Positions 42,171 through 52,792 of a DNA stretch of 64,000 bases are shown here, piece after piece. The DNA is from an uncultured Phycisphaerales bacterium (GTDB lineage Bacteria > Planctomycetota > Phycisphaerae > Tepidisphaerales > Tepidisphaeraceae). The stretch is taken from positions 2,336,001-2,400,000 of the forward strand of contig CAVWLP010000002.1 in the NCBI GenBank assembly GCA_963755915.1, read 5' to 3'. A program made the position numbers and the translations under genes. The notes below the pieces were generated by a model that searched no databases, was not told the origin of the DNA, and saw nothing but the letters and a program-made list of their open reading frames with translations. Positions within the stretch are counted from its first letter, which is position 1. Each line of letters begins with the position of its first letter.

Positions 42171-42287
42171 GATGCGCCTCTGAAAATACCGTAGCGCGCG
42201 AGAGGATGAAGACGAGGGAAAAATCGGGGATGGTGGGAAAAAATGTCGCATTCGGTGCGCAAGTAGTTGGCGTATATGATCCGCCAC

Positions 42288-43643
42288 ATGAAATCGCAGG
42301 GCGACCATATTGAAGTGATGGCGGGGATCGCGTCGGACGAGGACCGGCTTCCGAATCGGCCGCTGCAATGGCTGGCGCTGATGGTGATCGCGGCGTTTGT
42401 GGGGGCGGTGACGGGGCTGGTGGGGGTGGCGTTTCGGATATCGCTGATGTGGGCGGATTATCGGCGCAATCAGATGATCGCGTTTGCACATGCGCATTTT
42501 CCAGGATGGATCGGGTGGGTTTTGCCGGTGGGTTGCTGCGCGGTGGGGGCGGGATTGGCTTTGTGGCTGACGCAGCGGCTGGCGCCGCAGACGGCAGGGA
42601 GCGGGATTCCGCGGGTGGAGTCGGTGGTGCGGAATCATTTGAAGCCGGCGAACCTGGAGATTCTGCCGGTGAAATTTTTCGGCGGGATCCTGGGGATTGG
42701 AAGCGGGCTGGCGCTGGGGCGCGAGGGGCCGACGGTGCAGATGGGGGGGACGGTCGGGCGATTGACGGCGGATGGGCTGAAGAAGATTGTGCCGGAGCCC
42801 TGGACGTTTATCGCGGCGGGGGCGGGTGCGGGATTGGCGGTGGCGTTTAACGCGCCGCTGGCGGCGGTGCTGTTTGTGGTGGAGGAGCTGCTGCATCGGT
42901 TTTCGACGCGGGTTTTCAGCGCGACGCTGGTGGCGTGCGTGACGGGGACGGTGGTGCTGCGGCATTTTCTGGGGAACGTGACGGATTTTGGGGCGCCGGT
43001 GATGGGCGAGATGCCCTCGAGAGTTTTGCCGCAGTATCTGCTGCTGGGGCTTGTGGCGGGGTTGGTGGGCGTTGCGTACAACCGCGGGCTGCTGCTGTCG
43101 ATGGATATTTTGGGCGGCGCGCAATTGGCCGCGCGGCACGAAGGCGGCGGTGGTGGGGGCGGGGGCGGGGCTGCTGGGTATTTTTCGCCGGGGTTGGTGG
43201 GTGGGGGGGAGAATATTGGGGAGCTTGCGATCACGGGGCACATTTTTCTCTGGACGGCCATCTGGATTTTTGCGGTGCGGTTTGTGCTGGCAATGTTTTC
43301 ATATGGGTCGGGGGCGCCGGGCGGGGTTTTCGCGCCGCTGCTGGCGATAGGGGCGGTCTTGGGGCATATTTTTGTTGGGGGTTGGGTTTTGATGGGCGGG
43401 AAAATTGGGGAGCCGGCGGCGTTTGCGATTGTTTCGATGGCGGCGCTTTTCACGGCGACGATTCGCTCGCCGCTGACGGGAGTGGTGTTGCTCCTGGAGA
43501 TGACGGGGAGCTGGACGCTGATTCTGCCGATGATGGCGGCGTGTTTGCCTGCGTATGCGGTGCCGGAGCTGCTGGGAAATCTGCCGCTTTATGATTCGCT
43601 GCGGGAGCGGGATGAGAAAGTGGAGGGCGCGGAGCGGCAGTGA
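42288..43643 (+). CDS. clcA: CLC H+/Cl- exchange transporter
   Basis: GSGIP, GREGP (gating Glu), AFNAPL..VEE, GGVFAP, LEMT, PLYD. Confidence 0.92.
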   Translation: MKSQGDHIEVMAGIASDEDRLPNRPLQWLALMVIAAFVGAVTGLVGVAFRISLMWADYRRNQMIAFAHAHFPGWIGWVLPVGCCAVGAGLALWLTQRLAPQTAGSGIPRVESVVRNHLKPANLEILPVKFFGGILGIGSGLALGREGPTVQMGGTVGRLTADGLKKIVPEPWTFIAAGAGAGLAVAFNAPLAAVLFVVEELLHRFSTRVFSATLVACVTGTVVLRHFLGNVTDFGAPVMGEMPSRVLPQYLLLGLVAGLVGVAYNRGLLLSMDILGGAQLAARHEGGGGGGGGGAAGYFSPGLVGGGENIGELAITGHIFLWTAIWIFAVRFVLAMFSYGSGAPGGVFAPLLAIGAVLGHIFVGGWVLMGGKIGEPAAFAIVSMAALFTATIRSPLTGVVLLLEMTGSWTLILPMMAACLPAYAVPELLGNLPLYDSLRERDEKVEGAERQ

Positions 43644-43649
43644 GGGGAA

Positions 43650-44418
43650 TTATTCGGAGGCGGAGATGGGGATGGGCGTTCCCTGGGGTTGGGGTTGGCG
43701 GGAGTCGGAATCTGTCGAGAGGTTTCGGGGGTGCCACTCGAGACTTTCGGTGCCGGGGTTTGCGGCGAGTTGCGCGACGAAGTCGGGAGGGTGGGTTTCG
43801 GTGGGGAGTTGGTGGCGCTGGACCTCAGCAATGATTTTACGGCGGCCGGTGGGATTGAAATAGGTGATTCCCCAGGAGATGACGCGGCAATGGGATTGGG
43901 CGATGGAGTCGCGCAGTTGCTGGTCGGTGGGACCGGTTTTGGAGAGCGTGATTGTGAGGGTTGCGCGTCTCTTCTTTTAAGGCCTGCTCGAAATGTTTGA
44001 GACCCCAGAGAGTGGCCAAACCCAGGGTGAGGGCGGCGATGCCGAGGGCGATCTGGCCACCGCCGAAACAAAGGCCCATGACGGTGGTGAACCAGAGTGT
44101 GGCGGCGGTGGTGATGCCGAGGACAAGGGTGCCTTTGCGGAGGATGGCGCCGGCGCCGATGAACCCCATGCCGGAGAGGATGCCGAGGGGGAGGCGCATG
44201 AGGTCGAGAACGACGAAGGAGTTGGAGGTTTTGCCGACAGAATTCATGAGGAGGTTGGCCTGGATCATGGAGATGGAGGCGGCGAGGCAGACGAGGAGAG
44301 TGGTTCGCATGCCGGCGGGGCGACCGTGCTCTCCGCGGTTGAAGCCGATGATAAGCCCGGCGATGACCGTGAGAAGCAATCGGAGGGAGACCTGTTGCCA
44401 GGAAAGGGTTACGGGCAT
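43650..44418 (-). CDS. MgtC/SapB family protein (frameshift near 43970)
   Basis: PAGMRT, GILSGMGFIGAG, GITTAATLW; C-terminal domain continues in another frame to TAA at 43650. Confidence 0.85.
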
Positions 44419-44511
44419 AGAGCAGGGTCGAATATATCAGCGAGCTGTGCGGGTGGGAGGGCGGGAAATTCTCAGTTGTTTGGGGATGTGGAGGGGTACT
44501 ACGATTCAAGC

Positions 44512-45660
44512 ATGTTTGGAAAATCTTATCGCTTGCCGGGTACGTTGCTGGGAATTCCGGTTTATGTGGATCTATCGTTCATCCTGATTTTGCCGCTGCT
44601 GGCGTGGATCATTGGGAGCCAGGTGGGGTATTTCGCGAAGATGTTTGGGATATCGATGGATGCGTCGCTGACGAGCGGGGCGATGCCGTATGTGCTGGGG
44701 CTGGTGGCGGCGTTGGGATTGTTTGTAAGCGTGGTGGTTCACGAGTTGGGACATGCGGTGACGGCGCGGGGGTATGACGTGAAGGTGACGCGGATCACGC
44801 TGTGGTTTCTGGGGGGCGTGGCGCAGTTTGAAGAGATGCCGAAGCAGCGCGGGGCGGAGGCGGTGGTGGCGATTGTGGGGCCGATGGTGAGCCTGGCGAT
44901 CGCGGTGGTTTGCTGGGGGATTTTGCGGGCGACGGCCGGCGCGGGGGCGGGGGTGCATTTTGTGCTGGCGTATCTGGTGTACATGAACGTGGTGCTGGCG
45001 ATATTCAATCTGATACCGGCGTTGCCGCTGGATGGGGGGAGGGTTTTGCGGTCGGTGCTGGCTCTGGGGATGCCGCAGGCGCGGGCGACGGAGATCACGG
45101 CGGGGATCAGCAAATTTCTGGCGATTCTGATGGGGGTATTCGGGTTGTTCAGCCTGAACTTTTTTCTGCTGCTGGTCGCGATATTTATTTATATGGCGGT
45201 GAGCGCAGAGACGCGGACGGGGCAGTTGGAAGATTTGTTGCGCGGGGCGCTGGTGAAGGACCTCATGAATCCGGACGTGCATACGGTTCCACCGGACCTG
45301 AATGTTTCGGAGCTTGAGCAGCGGATGTTTCGGGAGCATCACCTGGGGTTTCCGGTGATCGATGCCGGCGGGAATTTGCTGGGGATGGTGACGCTACACG
45401 ATGTGGAGGGGAGGGATCCGACGACGCTGGTGAGGGAGGTGATGACGCCGGACCCGCCGACGTTGCCGGAGAAGGCGACGGCGGTGGAGGCGCTGCATTT
45501 GATGAGCCGAAACGGGTTTGGAAAAGTGATCGCGACGCGAGAGGGGGGGAGGATGAGCGGGATAATTACGAAGAAGGATTTGATGCGATTGATTCAGCTT
45601 CGGCTGGCGGGGTGGGGCATTTCGCAGCCACCGGCGTATGCGGGAGCTGATCGCCTATAA
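44512..45660 (+). CDS. Site-2 (M50) zinc metalloprotease with CBS pair
   Basis: HELGH, NLIPALPLDGG, two CBS domains. Confidence 0.92.
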   Translation: MFGKSYRLPGTLLGIPVYVDLSFILILPLLAWIIGSQVGYFAKMFGISMDASLTSGAMPYVLGLVAALGLFVSVVVHELGHAVTARGYDVKVTRITLWFLGGVAQFEEMPKQRGAEAVVAIVGPMVSLAIAVVCWGILRATAGAGAGVHFVLAYLVYMNVVLAIFNLIPALPLDGGRVLRSVLALGMPQARATEITAGISKFLAILMGVFGLFSLNFFLLLVAIFIYMAVSAETRTGQLEDLLRGALVKDLMNPDVHTVPPDLNVSELEQRMFREHHLGFPVIDAGGNLLGMVTLHDVEGRDPTTLVREVMTPDPPTLPEKATAVEALHLMSRNGFGKVIATREGGRMSGIITKKDLMRLIQLRLAGWGISQPPAYAGADRL

Positions 45661-45700
45661 TCGGGATTGATCGCGCTACGTGCGATTGTGGTCAATCACG

Positions 45701-46714
45701 ATGGCATCTGATCCACTCATCATAAACACCGCATCGGGGCTTTATTGTCCGGTCGGGGATTTTTATATCGATGCCTGGCGTCCGGTGGGGAAGACGATCG
45801 TAACGCATGCGCATTCGGATCATGTGCGCATCGGGTCGGAGAAATATCTGACGGTCATTGATGGGGTGAATGTGCTGCGAAGGCGGCTGGGGGAAGGGGC
45901 GGTCATTGATTCGGTGGAGTATGGAGAAACTCTCGAGATCGGCGGGGTGCGGGTTTCGCTGCATCCGGCGGGGCATGTGCTGGGGTCGGCGCAGGTGAGG
46001 CTGGAATATGGCGGGGAGGTTTGGGTTTTTACGGGGGATTACAAGCGGCAGAGCGATCCGACTTGCCGGGGGTTTGAAGTTGTCCGGTGCGACACGCTGA
46101 TCACGGAGTGCACGTTTGGGCTGCCGATTTTTCGGTGGGGGGATGCGGGAGCCGTTATCGGCGAGATCAATCAGTGGTGGCGGGAGAATCAGGAACTGGG
46201 GCGAACGAGTGTTCTCATTGCATATTGCCTGGGGAAGGCGCAGCGGGTTTTGGCGCAATTGAATCCGGAAATCGGGCCGATTTTGCTGCATGGGGCGATG
46301 CTGGGGATGGTGGAGGCGTACCGGGAGTCGGGGGTTTTGCTGCCGGCGACGGAACATGCCTCGGCGGAGAATGCCAAGAAATTCAAAGGGAAGGCGATGG
46401 TGCTGGCGCCGCAATCGGCGCTGAGCACGACCTGGGTTCGGAAGTTTGCGCCGTTTTCGGATGGGATCGCGTCGGGGTGGATGCAGGTGCGAGGGTTTCG
46501 AAGGCGCAGGAGCGCGGATCGGGGGTTTGTGCTTTCGGATCATGTTGATTGGCCAGGGTTGATGCAGACGATTGAAGAGACGGGAGCAAAGCGGGTGATC
46601 GCGACGCATGGATACACGGGGCCGGTGGTGAGGTATTTGAACGAGCGGGGAATGGATGCCGCCGCATTTGAAACGCGATTCAGGGACGAGGGCGAGGAAG
46701 AAGAAGCGGTTTAG
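45701..46714 (+). CDS. Ligase-associated DNA damage response exonuclease (metallo-beta-lactamase/beta-CASP)
   Basis: THAHSDH, AGHVLGS, TGDYK, ECTFG, LSDHVD, THG. Confidence 0.92.
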   Translation: MASDPLIINTASGLYCPVGDFYIDAWRPVGKTIVTHAHSDHVRIGSEKYLTVIDGVNVLRRRLGEGAVIDSVEYGETLEIGGVRVSLHPAGHVLGSAQVRLEYGGEVWVFTGDYKRQSDPTCRGFEVVRCDTLITECTFGLPIFRWGDAGAVIGEINQWWRENQELGRTSVLIAYCLGKAQRVLAQLNPEIGPILLHGAMLGMVEAYRESGVLLPATEHASAENAKKFKGKAMVLAPQSALSTTWVRKFAPFSDGIASGWMQVRGFRRRRSADRGFVLSDHVDWPGLMQTIEETGAKRVIATHGYTGPVVRYLNERGMDAAAFETRFRDEGEEEEAV

Positions 46715-46719
46715 GGCAC

Positions 46720-48350
46720 ATGCGGCGGTTTACGGAATTGTTTTTGGAGCTGGATCGGACGACGCGCACGAGCGAGAAGCTGGCGGCGCTGCGGCGGTAT
46801 TTTCTTGAAGCGCCGCCGGCGGATGCGGTGTGGGCGGTTTATCTGATGACGGGAAGGAAAATCGGGCGGACGGTTTCGTTTCGGCTGCTGCGGGACTGGG
46901 TGGCGGAAATTTCGGGGTATCCGAAATGGCTGGTGGATGAGTGTTATACGCTGGTGGGAGATCTTTCGGAGACGCTGTCGCTGCTGCTGGCGGGGAGATC
47001 GGATGGGGCGGAAGCGCCGGGGCTGCATGAACTGATCGAGGGGACGCTGAAGCCGCTGGGGATGATGAGCATTTCACAGCAGCGGGAGGCGATTGTGCGG
47101 ACTTGGGGAAGATTGAACGGTGCGCAGACGCTGGTGTTTCATAAGCTTTTGAGCCGGGAGTTTCGGATTGGAGTTTCGCGGCAACTGGTGGTTCGGGCGA
47201 TGGCGGATGCAGCGGGGGTGGATGCACAAGTGATGGCGCATCGGCTGGCGGGAAACTGGACGCCGGATGAGGCGACGATGCGGAAGCTGCTTGCGCCACA
47301 AACCGAGGATTCGCGGGAAAAGCGCGAGGGGACTTTGCCATATCCGTTTATGCTGGCGCAGCCGCTGGGGGAAGAGGTTTCGACGCTGGGGGAGATCGGC
47401 GAGTGGATGCTGGAATGGAAGTGGGACGGGATTCGGGGCAGATCGTCCGGCGGGATGGGCAGACGGCGATCTGGTCGCGCGGGGATGAGCTGGTGAGCGG
47501 GGCGTTTCCGGATATCGTGCATGAGGCTGCGGCGCTGGCGGAGGGGACGGTGCTGGATGGGGAGATCGTGGCGTTTGACGAGTCGGCGGGAAGGCCGATG
47601 GCGTTTGCGAAATTGCAGCCGCGGATTAATCGGAAGAATGTGGAGATGAGTTTTTGGCCGGAAGTGCCGGTTGTGTTTATTGCGTTCGATCTTTTGGAAA
47701 TTGAGGGGCGGGATGTTCGGGGGGAAACGCTGGAGAGTCGGAGGGGGCGATTGGTCGAGGTGATAGGGAGATTCGCGGCCGGGTCGATTGTTCGGATTTC
47801 GGAGCCGGTGAATTGTGCGAGCTGGGAAGATGCCCGGCAGTCGCTTGGGCAATCGCGCGAGCGCGGGGTTGAGGGATTGATGATCAAGCGGCGGTCGTCG
47901 GTGTATCAGGCGGGGCGGCCGACGGGTTTGTGGTGGAAGCTGAAGGTTCAGCCGTACACGGTGGATTGCGTGCTGATCGCGGCGCAGTCGGGGCATGGAA
48001 GGCGTGCGGGGCTGCTGACGGATTATACGTTTGGGGTTTGGGATGAGGGGGGGAAAGAGTTGGTGCCGGTGGCGAAGGCTTATTCGGGGTTGACCGATGA
48101 GGAGATCGCGGAAGTGGACCGGTGGGTGAGGCGGCACACGATCGAGCGATATGGGCCGGTGCATGTGGTGCAGCCGCTGCGGGTTTTTGAGCTGGGGTTT
48201 GAGGCGATTCAGGCTTCGGGGCGGCATAAATCGGGGATTGCGGTGAGGTTTCCGCGAATGCTGCGGGAGCGGACGGATAAGAAGGTGGCGGATGCGGATA
48301 CGTTGCAGTCGCTTCGGCAACTTCTGGCGAAGACCAAGGCGCGATCGTGA
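46720..48350 (+). CDS. ATP-dependent DNA ligase (frameshift near 47435)
   Basis: EWKWDGIR adenylation site, LDGE, EGLMIK, WWKLK, AVRFPR. Confidence 0.92.
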
Positions 48351-50927
48351 AACAGTCGGCGGGACGAGAGCGCGTGGAGAAATGGTTTGCGGGGAAGGGG
48401 ATTGAGCCGTTTGCGTTTCAGGCGCGGCTTGGGAGGCATATGTGGCGGGGAAGAATGGGTTGATTAAGGCGCCGACGGGGATGGGGAAGACGCTGGCGGG
48501 GGGGTTGGGGATGGTGATTGAGCATTTTGACCTTAGCGAGCGACGGCCCCCTCCCCAACCCTCCCCCGGAGTACCGGGAGCGGGGGAAAAAAAAGAGGGG
48601 GAAAGAGGGGCAAAGAAGGCGCGGGGGCGGGGGTTGCGGATGATTTGGATTACGCCGTTGCGGGCGCTGGCGGCGGATACTGTGAAATCTTTAACCAGCG
48701 CGTTTGAGGAATTGGAATTGAACTGGAGCGTGGAGCTGCGGACATCCGATACGAGCGCGGCGATGCGGAAGAAGCAGAGGGAGCGGCTGCCGACTGTGCT
48801 GGTGACGACGCCGGAGAGTATGTCGGTGTTGCTGTCGTATCCGGATTCGGACGAGCGGTTTGATTTGCTCGAAGCGGTGGTGGTGGATGAGTGGCACGAA
48901 TTGCTGGGGAGCAAGCGCGGGGTGCAGACGGAATTGGTGGTGGCGAGACTGCGGGGAATTCGGCCGGGGATTCGGGTTTGGGGAATTGGGGCGACGCTGG
49001 GGAATATCGAGCAGGCGTGTGCGGCGCTGGTGGGGCCCGAGGGTGTGGGGGGCATGGAGATTGTGCGGGGGCCGGATGAGAAGAGGATTTCGCTGGTGAG
49101 CGCACTGCCGGAAACGGTGGAGCGGTTTCCGTGGGCGAGGCACCTGGGGCTGAAGATGACGGAGGCGGTGGCGCGGCGAATTGAGGTGGCCGGGACGACG
49201 CTGGTCTTTACCAACACGCGGTCGCAGACGGAGCTTTGGTTTCGGGCGCTGCTGGAGATTCGGCCGAAATGGATCGGGAATATTGCGGTGCATCATGGGT
49301 CGATCGACCGGAAAATCCGGGGGCGCATCGAGCAGATGCTGCGAGAGGGGACGCTGCAATGTGTGGTGTGTACGTCGAGCCTGGATTTGGGGGTGGATTT
49401 TTGGCCGGTGGATCAGGTGATTCAGATCGGCAGCCCCAAGAGCATTGCGCGGACGATTCAGCGGGCGGGGAGGTCGGGGCATCGGCCGGGGGCGGAGAGC
49501 AGGATCGTCTGCGTGCCGACGCAGGCGATTGAGATTGTGGAATTTTCCGCGGCGCGCTATGCGATCGAGCGGAGGCAGATCGAGCCGAGGGAGCCGGTGA
49601 CGATGGCGCTGGATGTGCTGGCGCAGCATTTGGTGACGATCGCGGCGGGGAATGGATTTGATGAGGCGCAGATGCTTCGCGAAGTGCGGGCGACGAATGC
49701 GTTTGCGGGGATGACGGACGAGAATTGGCAATGGGTGATGGATTTCGTGAAGCGCGGCGGGCCGAGCCTGACGGCTTATCCGCGGTTTGCGCGGGTGGTG
49801 CAGGGTGAGGGGGGAAATGGGTGGCGGCTTCTGAGTCGCTGGCGCGGATGCACCGGATGAATATCGGGACGATCGCATCGGATGGGGCGGTGATTGTGCA
49901 GTTTGTTGGCGGGAAGAGGTTGGGGGCTGTCGAAGAATCGTTTGCGGCAAAGCTGAAGGCGGGGGATGTGTTTACGTTCGCGGGGAGGTCGCTGGAGTTT
50001 GTGCGGATGCACGAGATGACGGCGCAGGTGCGGACGGCGAAGAAAAAGAAGAGCATGGTGCCGAGGTGGATGGGGGCACGGCTGCCGATGTCGAGCAGCC
50101 TGGCGGAGGCGATGCGATTGAGGCTCGACGAAGCGGCCCAGGGGATTTTTGCGGATGAGGAGATGCAGCGGGTGCGGGCGGTGCTGGAACTTCAGGGACG
50201 TTGGTCGCGGCTTCCGCGGCTGGGGGAAGTGGTGATCGAAAATACGAAGATGCGCGGGAACCATCACGAATACCTCTTTTTCTTTCAGGGCCGGCTGGTG
50301 CATGAGGGGATCGCCGCGGTGGTTTCGTACCCGCTGGCGCGGCGGGGGATTTCGCCGGTGACGGCGACGTTTAACGATTATGGAATCGAGCTGATGTCGC
50401 CGATGGCGATGGCCGGGGATGAGAAGACTTGGCGGGAGCTGCTGACGACGGAGAATCTGATCGAGGATGTGTTGGCGTGCGTGAACGGCAGCGAACTGGC
50501 GCGGCGGCATTTTCGGGAGATCGCGCATATCGCGGGGCTGCTGAATCCGGCGCGGCCGGGCGGAAAACGCGGGGTGCGGCAGCTTCAGGCGTCGAGTGCC
50601 TTGTTTTACGACGTCTTTGTGGAGTTCGATCCGGGGAACCTTTTGCTCGATCAGGCGCGGCGGGAGGTGCTGGCGCAGCAACTGGAATTTGCCCGGCTGC
50701 GAGCGGCGCTGGAGCATTTGGCGGAGCAGAAGATTGTGATGGTGCACACGGAGAGGCTCTCGCCGCTGGCGTTTCCGCTCTGGGCGGAGGGGATTGGGTC
50801 GCAGCAATTGAGATATGAGAAGAATGTCGATCGGATCGAGCGATTGGCGCGGCAACTGGAAGAGGCGGCGGCGAAGGAGAATTTTTCGTCCAATCCCGCG
50901 GCAAATGATAAAATCGAGGCGCGATGA
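48347..50927 (+). CDS. Ligase-associated Lhr-like DEXH helicase (frameshifts near 48425 and 49815)
   Basis: APTGMGKT, TTPES, DEWH, HHGS, SLDLGVD, QRAGRSGH, IGTI. Confidence 0.92.
48547..48586 (+). repeat. REP-like palindromic element in-frame in the helicase
   Basis: CCCCCTCCCCAACCCTCCCCCGG-AGTA-CCGGGAGCGGGGG, a C-rich hairpin within G-rich coding DNA. Confidence 0.7.
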
Positions 50928-52066
50928 GGTGGATGCTGGCGATCATTTGCTTGCCGTTTCTGATTATCTCGGGGGCGCTGCTGGCGCTGAGTTTCCGGAG
51001 CATTATGTACATGGATGTGATTTCCCGGCATGAGAATCAACTCCTGCCGCCAAGGCTGGTGGAGAAGGTCGCGACACTGGAATCGATGGACCGCGAGTTT
51101 TATTTCGCGATTAGGGTCTGGCAATATCCGTCCACGCTGATGAACGCGCCGGGGATGCAAGGTGTGATCGTGCCGCAGACCTACTGGAGATACTTTAGCG
51201 AGTCGCAATCGACACTTCCCGGGTTGCGAAAGAATCGCGGGGCTTGGGATTTCTCGTTTTCGTACCGGGGGGGGAATCCGGTGAGTTCCTGGGATGGACG
51301 ATTTCCGCAGTGGCTGCCGATCGTTTTGACGGGGTTGCCGCCGATGGTGTGGGTTTTTATAATCGGCGATTTATCCGCCAGCGGTGGCGGGCGCTGCGGG
51401 GAATGTGCGAAGTGTGCGGATACGATTTGCGCGACGCCGGATCAGTGCCCGGAATGCGGGACGGTGGGGGCGAAGGAGAATGTTTCGTCCGGTCCCAAGA
51501 CAAATGATAAAATCGAGGCGTGATGAGGTGGATCCTGGCGATCATTTGCTTGCCGTTTCTGATTGTTTCGGGGGCGCTGCTGGCGCTGAGTTTCCGAAGC
51601 ATCATGTACAGTGATGTGATTTACAGGCATCAGAATCTACTCCAGCCGCCGAGGCTGATGGAGAAGGTCGCGCAACTGGAATCGATGGACCGCGAGTTTT
51701 ATTTCACGATTGAGGTCTGGCAATATCCGCCCGCGCTGATGAACGCGCCGGGGATGCAAAGTGCCGCGGCGCAGCAGACCTTCTGGCGATACTTTGGCGA
51801 GTCGCATTCATATGCTCCCGGTTGGCGAAGGAATCGCGGGGCTTTGGATTTCTCGTTCTCTTACCGCGGAAATCCGGTGAGTTCATGGGAGGTACGATTT
51901 CCGCAGTGGCTGCCGATCGTTTTGACGGGCCTGCCGCCGATGGTCTGGATTTTTTACAATCGGCGATATCTTCGCCGGCAATGGCGGGTGATGCGGGGGC
52001 AGTGGCGGAATGCGGATACGATTTGCGGGCGACGCCGGAGCGGTGTCCGGAATGTGGGACGGTGGC
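50871..52066 (+). repeat. ~600-bp diverged tandem duplication
   Basis: gcgaaggagaat.tttcgtcc...caaatgataaaatcgaggcg.gatgaggtggat at 50871 and 51470, collinear thereafter. Confidence 0.92.
50924..51523 (+). CDS. Two-TM protein with C-terminal CxxC-CPEC zinc ribbon, copy 1
   Basis: N-terminal TM, P.WLP TM segment, CEVCGYDLR / TPDQCPECG across frames. Confidence 0.65.
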   Translation: MRWMLAIICLPFLIISGALLALSFRSIMYMDVISRHENQLLPPRLVEKVATLESMDREFYFAIRVWQYPSTLMNAPGMQGVIVPQTYWRYFSESQSTLPGLRKNRGAWDFSFSYRGGNPVSSWDGRFPQWLPIVLTGLPPMVWVFIIGDLSASGGGRCGECAKCADTICATPDQCPECGTVGAKENVSSGPKTNDKIEA

Positions 52067-52091
52067 GAGGAAGGAAGCTGTCTCAAGTTGA
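51523..52091 (+). CDS. Two-TM protein with C-terminal zinc ribbon, copy 2 (frameshift near 52003)
   Basis: Closely similar to copy 1; ends ECGYDLRATPERCPECG. Confidence 0.65.
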
Positions 52092-52113
52092 AAGACGCGG
52101 TGAAGGTTTCCGG

Positions 52114-52758
52114 GTGCTGGCGATTGATTTCGGCGGGGAGCGGCTGCATCTGCTGCCGCAGCGGGCGGTGTGGTGGGAAGCGCGGCGAACGCTGCTGCTG
52201 GCGGATGTGCATTTTGGAAAGAGCGCCGCGTTCCGCGCGCTGGGTGTGCCGGTGCCGGGAGGGAGCACGGCGCGGGATTTGGCGCGGATCGGGGAATTGA
52301 TCGCAATCACCGGTGCGCGGCGGCTGATTATTCTGGGAGACCTCGTGCATGGACCGGTGGGCGAGAATCTGGAAATGGTGAAGGCGGTTTCCGCCTGGCG
52401 CAAGGAACAGGGGGAGTTGAAGATAATGCTGGTGCGGGGAAATCATGACCGGGCAGTTGGGCCGGCGGTGGATGAGTGGCGGATGGAGGAGGTTGGAGAG
52501 GAGTTCGAGGAGGAGGGGTTTCGGTTTTGTCATGTGCCACCGGAGGGGTGTGAGGGGCCGACGTTTGCCGGGCACGTGCATCCGACGGCGCAGCTTCGGG
52601 ATTTTGATGGATCGGTGGTTTGGGCGCCTTGTTTTGTGGTGGAGGGAAATTGCCTGATCGTGCCGTCGTTTGGGACGTTTACGGGCGGATATCCGGTTTA
52701 TTTAGAGGAATCGCGTCAAATTTTTGTCGTTTCCCGGACGAGGGTCGTAAAAGCTTGA
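52114..52758 (+). CDS. pdeM: Ligase-associated metallophosphoesterase/endonuclease
   Basis: ADVHFGK, LGDLVH, RGNHD, GHVHP, PSFGTFTGG. Confidence 0.9.
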   Translation: MLAIDFGGERLHLLPQRAVWWEARRTLLLADVHFGKSAAFRALGVPVPGGSTARDLARIGELIAITGARRLIILGDLVHGPVGENLEMVKAVSAWRKEQGELKIMLVRGNHDRAVGPAVDEWRMEEVGEEFEEEGFRFCHVPPEGCEGPTFAGHVHPTAQLRDFDGSVVWAPCFVVEGNCLIVPSFGTFTGGYPVYLEESRQIFVVSRTRVVKA

Positions 52759-52792
52759 ACGGCGCGGGGGTTGTGCTTTAAGTTGGATTAAT

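Noticed and set aside
43115-43185. Poly-Gly tract in ClcA
   Set aside because: The alternative frame gives a normal helix (RNWPRGTKAAVVGAGAGLLG); two compensating indels explain it.
47139-49217. Long antisense ORFs (e.g. 692 aa here; also 41826..43241, 27392..28753, and the N-terminal part of 43993..45660)
   Set aside because: Shadow frames of recognisable genes in high-GC, skewed DNA; Pro/His/Arg-rich with no motifs.
51520-52758. Apparent fusion of the membrane protein with PdeM (412-aa ORF)
   Set aside because: The zinc-ribbon end of copy 2 lies in another frame with a stop at 52091, so the fusion is an indel artefact.
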